NCBI RefSeq assembly: GCF_001194135.2
Contig: NC_068985.1
Coordinates: 74,722,948-74,777,564 of the forward strand
Source of the DNA: Octopus bimaculoides
Lineage: Eukaryota
DNA: 54,617 nucleotides
Reading direction: 5' to 3'
Shown here: positions 37,050 to 50,043 of the stretch, piece by piece
How the letters are laid out: every line of letters begins with the position of its first letter
How positions within the stretch are numbered: the stretch's first letter is position 1
The notes under the pieces: model-generated
Told to the model about the DNA's origin: nothing
The model's database searches: none
What the model saw: the letters and a program-made list of their open reading frames with translations, nothing else
Made by a program: the position numbers and the translations under genes

Positions 37050-37371
37050 CTAATCTAGTAATATTAGACATGAATGCTACACTCTTTGAGGTTTTGACAA
37101 AGTAATTTAACGATTTGATTTCATGGTTTCTTCTGTATTAGTAATTAGTATTTTTGTAATGTTTCGTTTGTGAGATAGAGAGAACAAATATTTAAAAAAA
37201 AACATTCTCCACTGTATAAGTTTGTTTTCAATATACTCCGTCACATACACAGATGTATATTTTAAAGAAGATTTGTATGACTACGTGTGTGTATGTGTGT
37301 GTGTGTGCATTTCTATCTATGTGCATAATTATATATACATGCATACACACATACATATACATATATGTATG

Positions 37372-37403
<32 letters not shown>

Positions 37404-37914
37404 NNNNNNNNNNNNNNNNNNNNNNNNNNNNNNNNNNNNNNNNNNNNNNNNNNNNNNNNNNNNNNNNNNNNNNNNNNNNNNNNNNNNNNNNNNNNNNNNN
37501 NNNNNNNNNNNNNNNNNNNNNNNNNNNNNNNNNNNNNNNNNNNNNNNNNNNNNNNNNNNNNNNNNNNNNNNNNNNNNNNNNNNNNNNNNNNNNNNNNNNN
37601 NNNNNNNNNNNNNNNNNNNNNNNNNNNNNNNNNNNNNNNNNNNNNNNNNNNNNNNNNNNNNNNNNNNNNNNNNNNNNNNNNNNNNNNNNATATATATATA
37701 TATATATACTCGCACGCACATACATACTTACGCATACTTACACATATGCATATAATTTATTTGATCCTTATCTACCGTAAATCATTTTGGTTTTCACCGA
37801 AACAGTAATCTGTTACGAATGCTGCAAGATTTACATTGCCGATTCATGAACACTGTACCTGGTGTGACATGTTTAAACGAGCAGCCGCGCACACTGAATA
37901 GGCTAAGATAAAGT

Positions 37915-38110
37915 AGTTGGAATTTACAAAATGCAAAAGACGAAGACAGGTGTATAAACGACAAACACGTGCATTAGTTTAACGATCGGGAAGGTGAGAA
38001 AGTCTTTTACATTTCGAGCCTGCGCTCTTCAACAGAAAGGAACACGAGAAAATAAACAGTTAGAGAATAAAAAAAAAGCTTTAGTGGCTAGCGGTCGATC
38101 ATGGCGAAGA
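37915..38110 (-). mobile_element. Penelope-like terminal repeat fragment carrying a hammerhead-like motif
   Basis: Shares sequence with 33-110; contains the motif at 38004-38040. Confidence 0.6.
38004..38040 (-). ncRNA. Minimal type I hammerhead-ribozyme-like motif (variant core)
   Basis: Minus strand CCTTT-CTGTTGA-A-GAGC(GCAG)GCTC-GAAA-TG-TA-AAAG: stem I CTTT/AAAG, 4-bp stem II; A6U change and an extra A. Confidence 0.55.
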
Positions 38111-38745
38111 AAAAACAGAGTAAGAAAAAATACAATGGGAAAAAGTGGACAGTTCAAAAAAATTCAGAAAAGTTCACAGGCACACACACACATACATACA
38201 CACTCGCACACATATATACAATGCACACACCTATGTACACAAAGACAAACAGAAATGAGTATATACTGATAGATAGATATGTAGATAGTTATATAAGTAC
38301 ACGATTACATATACAAACAGAGTGCAACTTCGGTTGCAAATATTGACTTTTTGTGAACTACATCTGCAAATATTATGAAGTAGCCGAGCCCGCTGAAACG
38401 GCTGCCGGTCATCTAATATCAAACCTTCTCCACTTAATTTTTTGTATTTCTATTCTGTGTAAGTTTGCTTTGTTCTTAATGTTCCTAGTCTGAATAATAT
38501 CGGTCTTTGTTTTCTTTTTATGTACATATATACATGTATGTATATTTTATATATGTATCCCAAACCATTTTATTTGTTTATTTACATTATTTTCTCCATA
38601 TGTGCTCGCCCACATTCCTAATATAGCCACACTTTATCCTGTGGACCTAGCTCGCGATTAACATTTTGGAATGTAAGCTAGAATTATTTGAGTGCTATAA
38701 AGTGTTTTCTATATTGAGTATATCTGGATTTCATCATGTGTGCGT

Positions 38746-38783
<38 letters not shown>

Positions 38784-39099
38784 AGTGAATGTGTGTACAT
38801 ACGCACACTCATCATACACATCATACGTACATGTAGAAGAATAAGGTTTATTTTAGTGAGGTGATAGGTTCACTACTATGAAATGAAAAAGGCCAGGTGT
38901 ATGCAGACAAGAATCTCACTGCGTTGTTCACGACCGGTGTAAGCTAGGGTCGTTGGATAACCAGAGATAAAAAAGATAGATAAAGTCATCGGGGGATAGC
39001 CCAATGCAGTAACTCTCTATAACTATGATGAGGATGCACGTGTGTGTGTAATTATATAAATATGTATATAATTTTGAAATGCATTAAATACTAAAAAGC

Positions 39100-39360
39100 G
39101 TACACATAGGACAGACACAGAAGGACCCTAATTCTTCTTCAGTTATCGACAGAAATACTAATGCACAGTTTCATGCCTTTAACGATACGACTGAAAACTT
39201 CGCATATTAAAATAATTTATTACTAGTGGTTAGCATGCATAACCAAAAGTCAGAAGACATGACATATTTTCAAAAATATAAACGTGTACAAAAGTTTTCT
39301 ATACACTAGGTGGAAACCTTTGACAGGGTTCCTTACATGGTGTTATAATCGGCGTGCCTC
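39100..39360 (+). mobile_element. Possible RTE RT remnant
   Basis: ETFDRVP (approx. KAFDRVP) trace at about 39310-39335. Confidence 0.3.
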
Positions 39361-39453
39361 ATGAATTCTTCTTTTGACCTTTTTAGCATGTAAGGATTCA
39401 TGTCAAAGGTCTCCTCTTCGTGTATAGAAAGATTCTATACACCACTTTTTATA

Positions 39454-39488
<35 letters not shown>

Positions 39489-40089
39489 AGCATACATACG
39501 TATATATATGTATAAACATGAGCTTATATATTTATTTATATATATATATGTTTGTGTGTGTGTGTGTGCCTGTATGTGTATCTATGTACTGGCATATACA
39601 TGTACAACTCTATTTTCCCCTCACACTGTCCTGTACTCTTCGAAGACCTTACATTTTTCATATTCACCTCACATTCTCTTTAAAGATGCAACTTGTAACA
39701 TCTTTCATCTTTTATCTTGTTTTTTTTCCTTCATATTTCAACAATGGATCTTCTAACGGATATTTTCCTAGTGGATTCCTAAATTCTTCGATCATGTAGC
39801 TACCAACCACAAATATCTATCTGATTTGGACACATCTTAGTACTGGTAATTAGTAATATTATTGATATAAGATATTCTTTATCTAGTTCTCTCTCTCTCT
39901 CTCTCCCTATCTCTAATGGCAGAATATTTAGCTAATATTGAAATCTTTGCTCAATATCATATGCTCCACATGCTTATGTATTCTAGAAACAGCTCCTAGA
40001 GATTTTACGTATTTTCTATAACTGTTCAGCACTATATTTGTAACATTTTAATTCTCTGAAGTATTTTCACACATTTTACTCCTTTATTC

Positions 40090-41070
40090 CCTATTACTAA
40101 TATATATATATGAGTAATAACCCCAACAATCACGAATAGCGTAATAAATATAGAAGAGGATGAGAAGAATACACATTATATGCAACATAATACAATCAGC
40201 GAACATGATGTATTTTCTCAACTACGAAGAAATAAGAACCCCGGAAACATGAAAGGGGATACAACATTACAACTCATTTTCTAGGTAGATCATACTACAA
40301 CTAGTCCCCAGATCCGATGAAAAAAGTCTAAATTAAAATCACAGAACATATACACCCTAAAATTCATCGGAAACAAACTTCAACAAGATTGAAATGTGTG
40401 TTTTATTCAAAGGTTACAAATTTACCCGCACACCCACTTCTAATCCCATAGAAATAGAAATAGACATTAAAAATTTTAGTTTTCCCTCCACCTTATAACA
40501 TTTGTCGGCAACAAGTATATAAATGAGTCAATTGTCGGAAATAAATCTACCTCTCCACTTAGAAGGGGAGAGAAAAACATTTAGATACATATATAGATAG
40601 TCTCTAAATTCCCTCTTAGTTCTAGTAAATACAAAGAAAATCTTCGTACATCAGGAACAATTCCGCGAAGAAATCTTTACTGATACTGTTGAACGACAGC
40701 TTAGTTAACCTAAAAGAAGCAGATAAGCGTGAGGCGAAAACCATTAACCAATAACCGCACTCCTTGACAGATAAAGAAACAAACAATTATATAACTATGA
40801 AATTAAGGGAACAATTTTTACGGAAAACCCAGGATCCACAAAGCTTGAAAATACAATGACATATAAGTGTATAGAAGTATCGATATATAAATATACTAAG
40901 ACCCTCTGATTTCAAATTGAGACCAATATCAGTTGGATCACAATACCCAACACAATAACACATGCCTATTAATACCCAAATAAAAACGAGACGACATGGA
41001 TTTCTCAAATGGATCCCACCAACTATCAATGAAAGTAAAATTCAGGAATATCACTTATTAACATATATAA
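40090..41070 (+). mobile_element. Penelope-like RT N-terminal remnant
   Basis: KEADK, FYGKPRIHK, LRPISVGSQYPT motifs across stops and frameshifts. Confidence 0.75.
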
Positions 41071-41118
41071 TATGCTTTATCACAATACACACACACCCAC
41101 ACACACACATACACACAC

Positions 41119-41179
<61 letters not shown>

Positions 41180-41184
<5 letters not shown>

Positions 41185-41480
41185 CAAAGTAAAGTTGTAA
41201 GATACCGCACGAGTGGAAATGTATGTGAAAGAAGGTTTGAAAATGCAATTTTAAAGATGTTTATGTTTATTCACTTGACCGAATTCACTTTTTTAGAAAA
41301 AGATTGTCAAAAGTAAAAGCTTTGTTGTGTTAAGTATTGGTTCTCACAAAAGTGTTAAAATTCATATATACATTCTTTGATAATAATAAGAAAATGTTAA
41401 AAACAATTTAAGTATCAAAATACATATATATCTTCCTTGATAATAATAAGAAAATGTTAAAAACTGTTTTTAACATTATA
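41180..41480. repeat. AT-rich dispersed repeat (inverted copy of 47535-47895)
   Basis: aaagtaaagttgtaagatac...gaaagaaggtttgaaaatgcaattttaaagatgttt...ttttagaaaaagattgtcaaaagt matches the reverse complement of 47700-47895. Confidence 0.85.
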
Positions 41481-41608
41481 AATACCATTTTATTATTTAC
41501 AGGATTATAAATCACAGCGCCGTGCTGAAGGCTGGAAGGTATATCAGCCGAAATGTTGTAGCAACAAGATGAGGACAAATATCCGTCAAATGTAAATAAT
41601 GTATACTA

Positions 41609-41880
41609 CGCCGTGTTTTACAATCCTGTAAATAATAATAAGGGTATTCCTATAAGCTTCAGATTATGGCGATCACACAGCAATTACTAAGGAAAATAGT
41701 CTGATAAATGGACATGTAAGATCACGACAGAAAAAAAAAGGCTTTCCTATCCGCGTGGAACCCGAACTCACATCCCTTTATTAGACTATTTGACGTAGTC
41801 ATTGCACGGTGATCGCCACGAGCTTTAAGCTTATATAAATATCAATATTATTATTTATAGGATTATAAAACGCGGCGCCG
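41609..41880. mobile_element. Palindromic MITE-like element with about 110-bp imperfect TIRs and TA flanks
   Basis: 41609-41720 is the reverse complement of 41770-41880; further fragments at 41478-41524 and 42020-42160. Confidence 0.8.
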
Positions 41881-42189
41881 TACATTAAAACCATTCAAAC
41901 CGAAAAGCACATAGAAAATTTGTTTACATTAAACAAATACGAACGAATATAGTTCTTTAATCTGACAGAAAGAGGGAGGCTAATTCGCTGGTGTAAAGGT
42001 AACACACTTAGTCGCGTTAACAAAGGGATGTGGGTTAGAGTGCTACGTGGATAAGTAACTCTTCTTTTTCTGTCGTGGGCTTATATGCCCCTTTATTAGA
42101 CTATTTTCATTGCACGATGATCATCATAAGCTTTCATCTTATATAAATACCATTATTAATACATATAAATATACACTTGTATATATAAG

Positions 42190-42265
<76 letters not shown>

Positions 42266-42983
42266 CAATTCCTCTTACTATATTTCAATCTCTATCAGCT
42301 CCCTCGTATTTTCCTTCATTCCCTTATCTTTGCTATTTTGCCATCCTTCCTCCAATTTATTTATTCGCTTTTCATACGACCATTGCTAAAATTGACCTCC
42401 CCTTTTTTTTACTAATCCTATTTCCCTCATGTTGCACCACTAACAATTCTTGCCTTGCATCTCCACGATTTATTCATTAATCTCCTTTTTTTTATCAATC
42501 TCTTTTTTCCACTCTTTATAATAAGAGTTAAGTTTTTTTCTAATATCATAATTGAATTTATGTGAAATCTTGCATGACTATGTCGCACTTGGATTTCAGT
42601 CTTATTCGCTTGTCTGAACCACTTTTACACCAAATATAGTTACTCATTATCCTATCAGCTACGTCCACTACGCTAACAGTTCTTTCTTCTACAGCGCTGA
42701 ACTAATCTTTAATACAAAGTTTTCTGTACCACGCTTGATAAATTCACCCTCCCCTCTCTTTCGCCCTATCACTCTTTCTCTCTCTCTCTCTGTCTCTCTC
42801 TCTCTTTTCCTCACTCTCTATTTCTCTCTCTCTCACTCAATTCCCTCTTTTTACACTCCCTCTATTTTAATTAGTGTTATCATTCGTCTTTCCTCCCTTC
42901 TTCGTTTACAAGCATCTGCGCAACCACACACACCCACATTATAAATATACAAGCACACTCACACACACTCGTCCATATATACG

Positions 42984-43028
<45 letters not shown>

Positions 43029-43435
43029 GCATATGAATATAATTCTATGTTTAACGCCGCACTTTTTTCTACTGTCCATTTCCGATATGTCACAATATAG
43101 ATCTTGTTGCATTTATTATTCTTCTGTCTACTTCGTCTTTTTTTTTCCTCTTTTTATTTCTACTTCCTTTTATAAATTCATCGTCGTTTTTCTCCATTAC
43201 TAGTGTTACAAATTATCACCATTCCCGTAATGTACTTTTGCGTACACTTTATACATTGCTCAAAGGTCATATACGTTTACTTATCCAAATATTAGAACAT
43301 TAATTTTTATTCACCTCGCCTTCACCAAATATTTATCATCGTATCAGCTACCAAACACGGCTGAATAATAGATTTCATCAGCAGCAACTCAAAGTACAGC
43401 CAAATCCACAGTGATATCCGAAGTTTCCTCAATAA

Positions 43436-43681
43436 GTGTCACACACACCCACCAACACACACATACATACAAACATACACATACACACACACGCATCCGC
43501 ACACACAAACACACACACAAACACACACACAAACACACACATACATATGAACATATGTATACATATGCATACATATACATATGTATGTATATACACGTAC
43601 GTATACACACTCGCACACGCACATATATGTGTGTATGTGTGCATATCTGCGTGTGCGCGCACGCGTGTGTGTCTGTCTGCG

Positions 43682-43720
<39 letters not shown>

Positions 43721-43745
43721 TTGTGTGTGTGCGTGTGTGTATATA
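43436..43745. repeat. Compound (CA)n-(TA)n-(TG)n low-complexity tract, quasi-palindromic
   Basis: Seen directly; source of the HTHT and CVCV ORFs. Confidence 0.95.
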
Positions 43746-43853
43746 TAAAGTCATATTTCAGGGTACTTATCTGTGTATTATTCTCTTCAAACAACTCTAA
43801 AGTTTACATTTTCTTTCGGGGCTGCCATCGTAGATAAAATACTAATACAAGAA

Positions 43854-44862
43854 ATGAAAAGACATTCAGTCGTTGTTGCCATATATGCGAGAAAATAAGT
43901 GATTGAGAAATTGCCAACTTTCTAAATGTTGCCAAATCTTTTGCACACAGCGCTTGGACGGAATTGCAACTCTTTAGCGTGAATATTTCTTTTGTGTCAA
44001 AGAGAAAGGAAAAATACATTCTAAACGTTCAGTCAATAGAAGAACAAGTAATGCGTCCATCGGGTTCAAAACATTACCAATTATAATCCAAGAAAATCTA
44101 TCCGGACCTTTCCAAAGAAGGTTTGGGTGTCAAGCGGACTATCAGAGCTGCGGTGGACGTGGACGTTCGATACAAGTCATGTATACCTAGGAGATAAATA
44201 TCTGGAAAGGCAAAGTAAAACTATTTGATCCTTGACTAATGGTTACCTAAGAATATTATAAAGCCACGTAAACATGGCATGCATTGCTTCTCCTCTGATA
44301 CAATAAACGTCGACCACAAACAAAATTCTAACGGTATGAATGAGAGATGGTTATATGCAAATATTTGTGGTGTCAGTTGATTGAAGCCCACTAAGTTTCC
44401 AGGAAATGTAATGTTTTTAGAATCAATGAGTAACGAAGGTCATGTAATTCTGACTCATATATTTTCGACAATGTCGTAGTAGAATTAATGCACAGGTGTC
44501 AGAGTTAGTTGTTGATACTTTTGCACACACGTGCGGAGTAGAAAACCATCCATGTTTCAACTAGTTTCAAAGCTGCCTCACAAAAACAAGTAGCCCAAAA
44601 ATGATTGTCATATGTCCTTTACAATTATATAACATGAATGTACAGTCCGGCAAACATGATAGATTTAAATCTCATGGACCTCTAAATATAGAGCGTTGTT
44701 GAAAGGGTGACTAATCAACTTGATCAAGATAGCATACATAGCTCAAGGCAGTAATTGCCTATGTGATGTCCGAAATGAATAAGGGCCATTTAGTGCAGGT
44801 GTATGAACGATTCCATCTCCCATTAAAATATTGATCGTCGCTGGATGTAAATTCATGAAATA
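43854..44862 (+). mobile_element. maT/DD37D-like Tc1-mariner transposase remnant
   Basis: MKRHSVVVAI...EIANFLNVAKSF, RTIRAAVDVDVRYKS, N.RWL, PTKFPGNVMF...NEGHV, DLNLMD...SVVERVTN, LKAVIAYVMSEMNK; TIRs not located. Confidence 0.72.
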
Positions 44863-45739
44863 ATCTTATAGAAATTTTATTGTGGATATATGCAAAATAG
44901 CACATGTCTCATCTTCATATATTATAATTTTTCAAATTCACCGCTCAAGCGTTCGGCAGCAAATAAAAATGTTTACCCACTTCAAAATTATTAAAATCAT
45001 ATTAAGGAAAATATACATGGTAGGAGAATTATAGAACTTTCTACCAGTGGCCTAGAATGTATAAAATAGTCAATGGACAATATATTTTTCATACGTGATT
45101 TTGCGGTGTTAATTCAAAATATCAATAAAGCGTTTTCCTATTATCTTAAGCAGTGCTTCTCTGCCGGCGTCCATATGGTCTATGATGATCCATATGAGAT
45201 TGGTAGTGGGGGATCCTTGCAATAAAATTGTAAATTTAGCATCCGCAATTGTATTCTAAAAGAGCCTTTGAATATGATTTGCTTGAGATATAGGAATTGG
45301 TATTTATTGCTAAAAAAATCTAGCTTTTTTCTCTTATATTTTACATAGTTCACCCTGCACACGTTAATGTGTGAAAAACAAAAATAAAAAATTTTGAAAG
45401 TTGTATCTATAACACTAGGTTTTAAACATCGAATTCCTATGATGGTCCACCAGAATAAAATAGTGATCAAAAGTTCCATAGAGAAAAATGTTTGCGAACC
45501 TTAAATTTTAAGGTTTTCTCCCAATTTAGTGATACCTTAATTTGTTGGCAAATCGACAAATTGTAGGACAAAATGAAGTTAATAAAAATGAATTTGGTAC
45601 ATTATTTAGCAAAATATAACGGCAGAAATGCAATTGAACGTGCGAAAATAGTTGTTTAGAAGTGTTCTATTCAATTTTGTAGTTTAGGCACCACATATCC
45701 TTATCCTTTCACTTGGAATCTACGCCCGGAACTTTTTCG

Positions 45740-46535
45740 CTTGTAAGCGTTTGATGGACATCCAGTAATAGTCAGGCATCATAGTGATATTGACAGCGTT
45801 ACTTCTCTTTAAAGTATCAATAAATCGTTTCATTCATTAAGGCTGTAACATGCCAAACTTTCATTTTGATCTTGATGGATTTGCACAACCGAAATCATTT
45901 TGTTTCGCAAAATAAGGAACAAATTCTATTTCGCGGTTACGATACAAATAGAAAGATGAGCGAGGAACTAAAAGATTCTTGGATTTATGTTTGGGATCGA
46001 CTCCTTTGCATAATTTCAGTCACACTAGTTAAATAGTTGTGGTTCTTCACGTTAACTGTTATTGAATCTTCATTGTCATTGTTATTTCTTTCTACTGACT
46101 TAGATCTCAAGTGTATGTCTTCAAACTATCCCGGTTGTGAAGAGACTGGAACGTCTGCTCCTTGGATAACTGGTGGCGATTCAGATGAAATATTTAGATG
46201 AACGATGTTTTCTCCACACATCGAATTGCATCTTTGTGCCTTACATGAACAAAATAGCAGTTGTCGCTGTGTTTTATAGGTTCTCTCCATATGTTTGAAA
46301 CCCCCAATGAAAACAATTCTTTGCATGTTTTATTTACAGTCTTAGCACAAATTGAGCAGCCCTTATGAGAAATGCACTTCTTATATTGGTCTCCTATTTC
46401 TACACCAAAGTAGGCATAGTAATAATTTGTTACGAATTCGATAATGTTTCATAGTCATAAACATATTTCGTTATCATAACTCGCTACAAATGTAGCAAAA
46501 GTTATCCGGCTTTATGCACAACTTCTAGATGACAT
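45740..46535 (-). mobile_element. Internally deleted DNA-transposon transposase, Chapaev/CMC-like (family name tentative)
   Basis: MSSRSC...DNFCYICSE, YAYFGVEIGDQYK, WREPIKHSDNCYF, SFYLYRNREIEF, RFIDTLKRS joined directly to MMPDYYWMSIKR. Confidence 0.65.
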
Positions 46536-47352
46536 CCTTGCTTCAAATGCTGTGGAGGTATGTAAGGAAGTGAAGGAGACATTTTACCAGCATATATTTG
46601 GTTTCTCATCTAAATATGAAAGGGCATTGAAATGTAACATGAGATAATATCAGCCGAAATAAATATTTTAAAAAGTTTTAACCTGAGCAACATGTAAAGT
46701 GCATTTTCTCTCCTAACTATTTGTGAGTGACTGAAGCCTCAGTAATGCAGTCACCTCTCCGTGAGGTTCAAGTGATCTAAACTTTGCCGCATGCTTAGTT
46801 TTCAAAATTACGCCCACTATATATACTGTTATAGTATATGTAAATGTGGCAATTAATGGAATAGTAATAGACGATAGTCGAATTCAGCCATAATGGTAAA
46901 ATTCAATTCTCGATTTTGTGAAGAAACTGTAAATGATAATTTCATTGTAATATTTTTAAACAGTGGGTAAAAGTTGTTCAGTTTCAAGCAATAAATCTTC
47001 TGGAAAATTTTGGTCGCAGACCTGTGTTATTAGTGTTATAAAATATGTTGAACCATAAAATTTTCGACTCTTTCTATTGAACATGAAAACGCTTCACGCA
47101 AGCATTTGATTTCCATCATGAAATTTTGAAATCTATTCAATATTTCAATTTTGAGTAGGTTTTATCGATATGACACATTTTGCTTTCAAGTTATCATTCA
47201 TCATACACTATATGCTACAATTATCACTAAAAACAATGCAGTTACTGAAATCGGATGGCATTTTAATAAATTACGTTTAAAAACAATAAATTTCGTTTCA
47301 ACTCCCAGATAAAAATACAAGTTTTCTTAAAGTTTCAACGTCTTGATGTGAA

Positions 47353-47386
<34 letters not shown>

Positions 47387-47397
47387 GTATATATATG

Positions 47398-47428
<31 letters not shown>

Positions 47429-47456
47429 CAAAACAATACAATGTACATAACACTTC

Positions 47457-47500
<44 letters not shown>

Positions 47501-47525
47501 CGGTGGTGGTGGTGGTGGCGGTGGT
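47457..47525 (+). repeat. (AGT)n-(GGT)n microsatellite
   Basis: Seen directly. Confidence 0.95.
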
Positions 47526-47534
47526 CGCATATTC

Positions 47535-47892
47535 TTCCTATTATTATCAAAGAATATATATATGTATTTTAATACTTAAAGTGATTTTAAAACGTTTTCT
47601 ATTATTATCAAAGAATATAAATACGTATTTTTATAAATGAATTTTAATGCTTAAACTGTTTTTAATATTTTCTTATTATAATCAGAGAATATATATATGT
47701 ATTTCCATACTTTTGTGACAACCTGTACTTAACACTACAAAGCTTGTATTATGCTTTATATTTTACTTTTGACAATCTTTTTCTAAAAAAGTGAAACCGG
47801 TAAAGTGAATAAACATCTTTAAAATTGCATTTTCAAACCTTCTTTCATATATATTTCCACTCTTGCTGTATCTTACAACTTTACTTTATGAT

Positions 47893-47895
<3 letters not shown>
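47535..47895. repeat. AT-rich dispersed repeat with internal tandem units (Penelope-like 3' UTR family)
   Basis: Matches 41180-41480 (inverted) and 32790-33026. Confidence 0.85.
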
Positions 47896-47939
<44 letters not shown>

Positions 47940-49807
47940 TGTGTGTGTATGTACAATTTCTTCTTTTTCTTCTACCTCCTCTGTCAACATAAGCATCTTA
48001 ACATCTTTTCTTCTACCTCTCTACCAGCATAATTATTTTAGAACATTGTTAGTTTCAGTTCAATAGCTTTTAGTTGTTGAAGTTTATACGTCTTCTTTTT
48101 CTTACATTGTAATTTTAAGTTTAGGTTTTAAGTTTTAATTTTTACCTTTGAGTTTTAAATTTAATATCTCGTATCATTTAATTACTATTAAGCTTGATAT
48201 AGAATTATAAATATATGTACTAACTACTATAATATTGGACTTTCAACTTTCAACTCTTTATTTTTATTTTTCACTGATGACTGCACCCTCCCAGCGTTTT
48301 TATTCTTCTCATCTTACTTCCTAAAATTGACAACTTGAAAGGTCACCAGCCCTTGTAAGAAAATGTGTTTACTTAAAATATGTCGATAAGTATACAATGG
48401 GAAGAAAAAAGAGAGGAGGAAATAGGAAATGCTTTGTAATGAAATATCAACAGATTCTCCACATCAAATTGAAAAGAAACGTCTCTCTCTCTCTGTCTAT
48501 CTGTCTGTCTGTCTGTCTGTCTATTTATCTATGTATGTATCTTTCTATCTATTTATCCTTTGCCCATAGTTTATTACTTTTCCCTCCTTCTTGATTGTCC
48601 AGAAATTTCTCCCTCTATCTTCCCCCATTGCCATTCCCCTTCTTTTTGCCTCTCGACGCCCCTCCCACAAGAAAAAACAAAATCATTTTTTCTCCTCTTC
48701 TAAGAAAGGAAGCAAAAATGCATCTTATTCATATAAATGAACAACGAAGCGTTTTTGTCTTGATAAACGAACGAAAGCGTTAATAAAGCATTATCCAAAA
48801 TTCTGCCTGCCTGCCTCCTTTATATATATATATATATATATNNNNNNNNNNNNNNNNNNNNNNNNNNNNNNNNNNNNNNNNNNNNNNNNNNNNNNNNNNN
48901 NNNNNNNNNNNNNNNNNNNNNNNNNNNNNNNNNNNNNNNNNNNNNNNNNNNNNNNNNNNNNNNNNNNNNNNNNNNNNNNNNNNNNNNNNNNNNNNNNNNN
49001 NNNNNNNNNNNNNNNNNNNNNNNNNNNNNNNNNNNNNNNNNNNNNNNNNNNNNNNNNNNNNNNNNNNNNNNNNNNNNNNNNNNNNNNNNNNNNNNNNNNN
49101 NNNNNNNNNNNNNNNNNNNNNNNNNNNNNNNNNNNNNNNNNNNNNNNNNNNNNNNNNNNNNNNNNNNNNNNNNNNNNNNNNNNNNNNNNNNNNNNNNNNN
49201 NNNNNNNNNNNNNNNNNNNNNNNNNNNNNNNNNNNNNNNNNNNNNNNNNNNNNNNNNNNNNNNNNNNNNNNNNNNNNNNNNNNNNNNNNNNNNNNNNNNN
49301 NNNNNNNNNNNNNNNNNNNNNNNNNNNNNNNNNNNNNNNNNNNNNNNNNNNNNNNNNNNNNNNNNNNNNNNNNNNNNNNNNNNNNNNNNNNNNNNNNNNN
49401 NNNNNNNNNNCTGTGTCTGCGCCGTGAATTATGGGAAAAGTAGAATGTATATTTGAGTAGACATGTGCTTATGGCCTCCTGTCTTGTAAATATACATTAA
49501 TTCCTTGACGGCTGGTTACTGAAGACGATTTGCCTAGTAAATTACTTTATTTACTAAAAAATTAGAAACCTATAGGTCTAACCGTTAGAAATAAGGTGAA
49601 AGTATTTATTTTCTTTTCCGTTTGTAATGTTTTACTTCGTGGTTTTCGGTCGTTTTTGACTGCCTTCTAGCGTGTAGAAGTTACCTGTTATGGGTAATTT
49701 CTCTTATACTTTATATTGAATATGTTGTCTATTGACTTTTTTCATGCTAGGCCACTGGTAGTATATCTCTCTATAGTTTTGCTACCCTTTTTCATATATA
49801 TACTCGA

Positions 49808-49856
<49 letters not shown>

Positions 49857-50043
49857 CTCATACAAACATTGCCATGAAGTAGAGGCAGCAAGATTTTTAG
49901 CTTACGTATACGATTAATTGAACGGAACTGAGCATATAATCAGTACTTGGAATAATCTAGAGACGCGCATTTTATTAAATATTCGATCCATAATATACAC
50001 ATTGTATTTATATTCACCGGCACTCTCTTTTGTGTGAGTGTAA

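Noticed and set aside
38372-38419. ATTATGA-AGT...GCT-GAAACGG...GTC hammerhead-like string
   Set aside because: Two core mismatches, weak stem II and only 2-3 bp of stem I; not distinguishable from chance
38580-38730. Possible Helitron motif DEIQ.Y on the minus strand
   Set aside because: Only one short motif; the rest is too degraded to support a call
39760-40075. Possible LINE C-terminal remnant (LEYISMWS) on the minus strand
   Set aside because: A single weak motif; insufficient evidence
43389-43837. His/Cys-rich ORFs (HTHT, CVCV)
   Set aside because: Dinucleotide-repeat translations; not zinc-finger proteins
44075-44196. Minus-strand exon candidate with a strong acceptor (DIYLLGIHDLYRT...)
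   Set aside because: Antisense to the maT-like transposase (RTIR...RYKS) on the + strand
45180-45479. 99-aa ORF with a signal-peptide-like start
   Set aside because: Very AT-rich, adjacent to transposon debris, no recognisable domain or splice support
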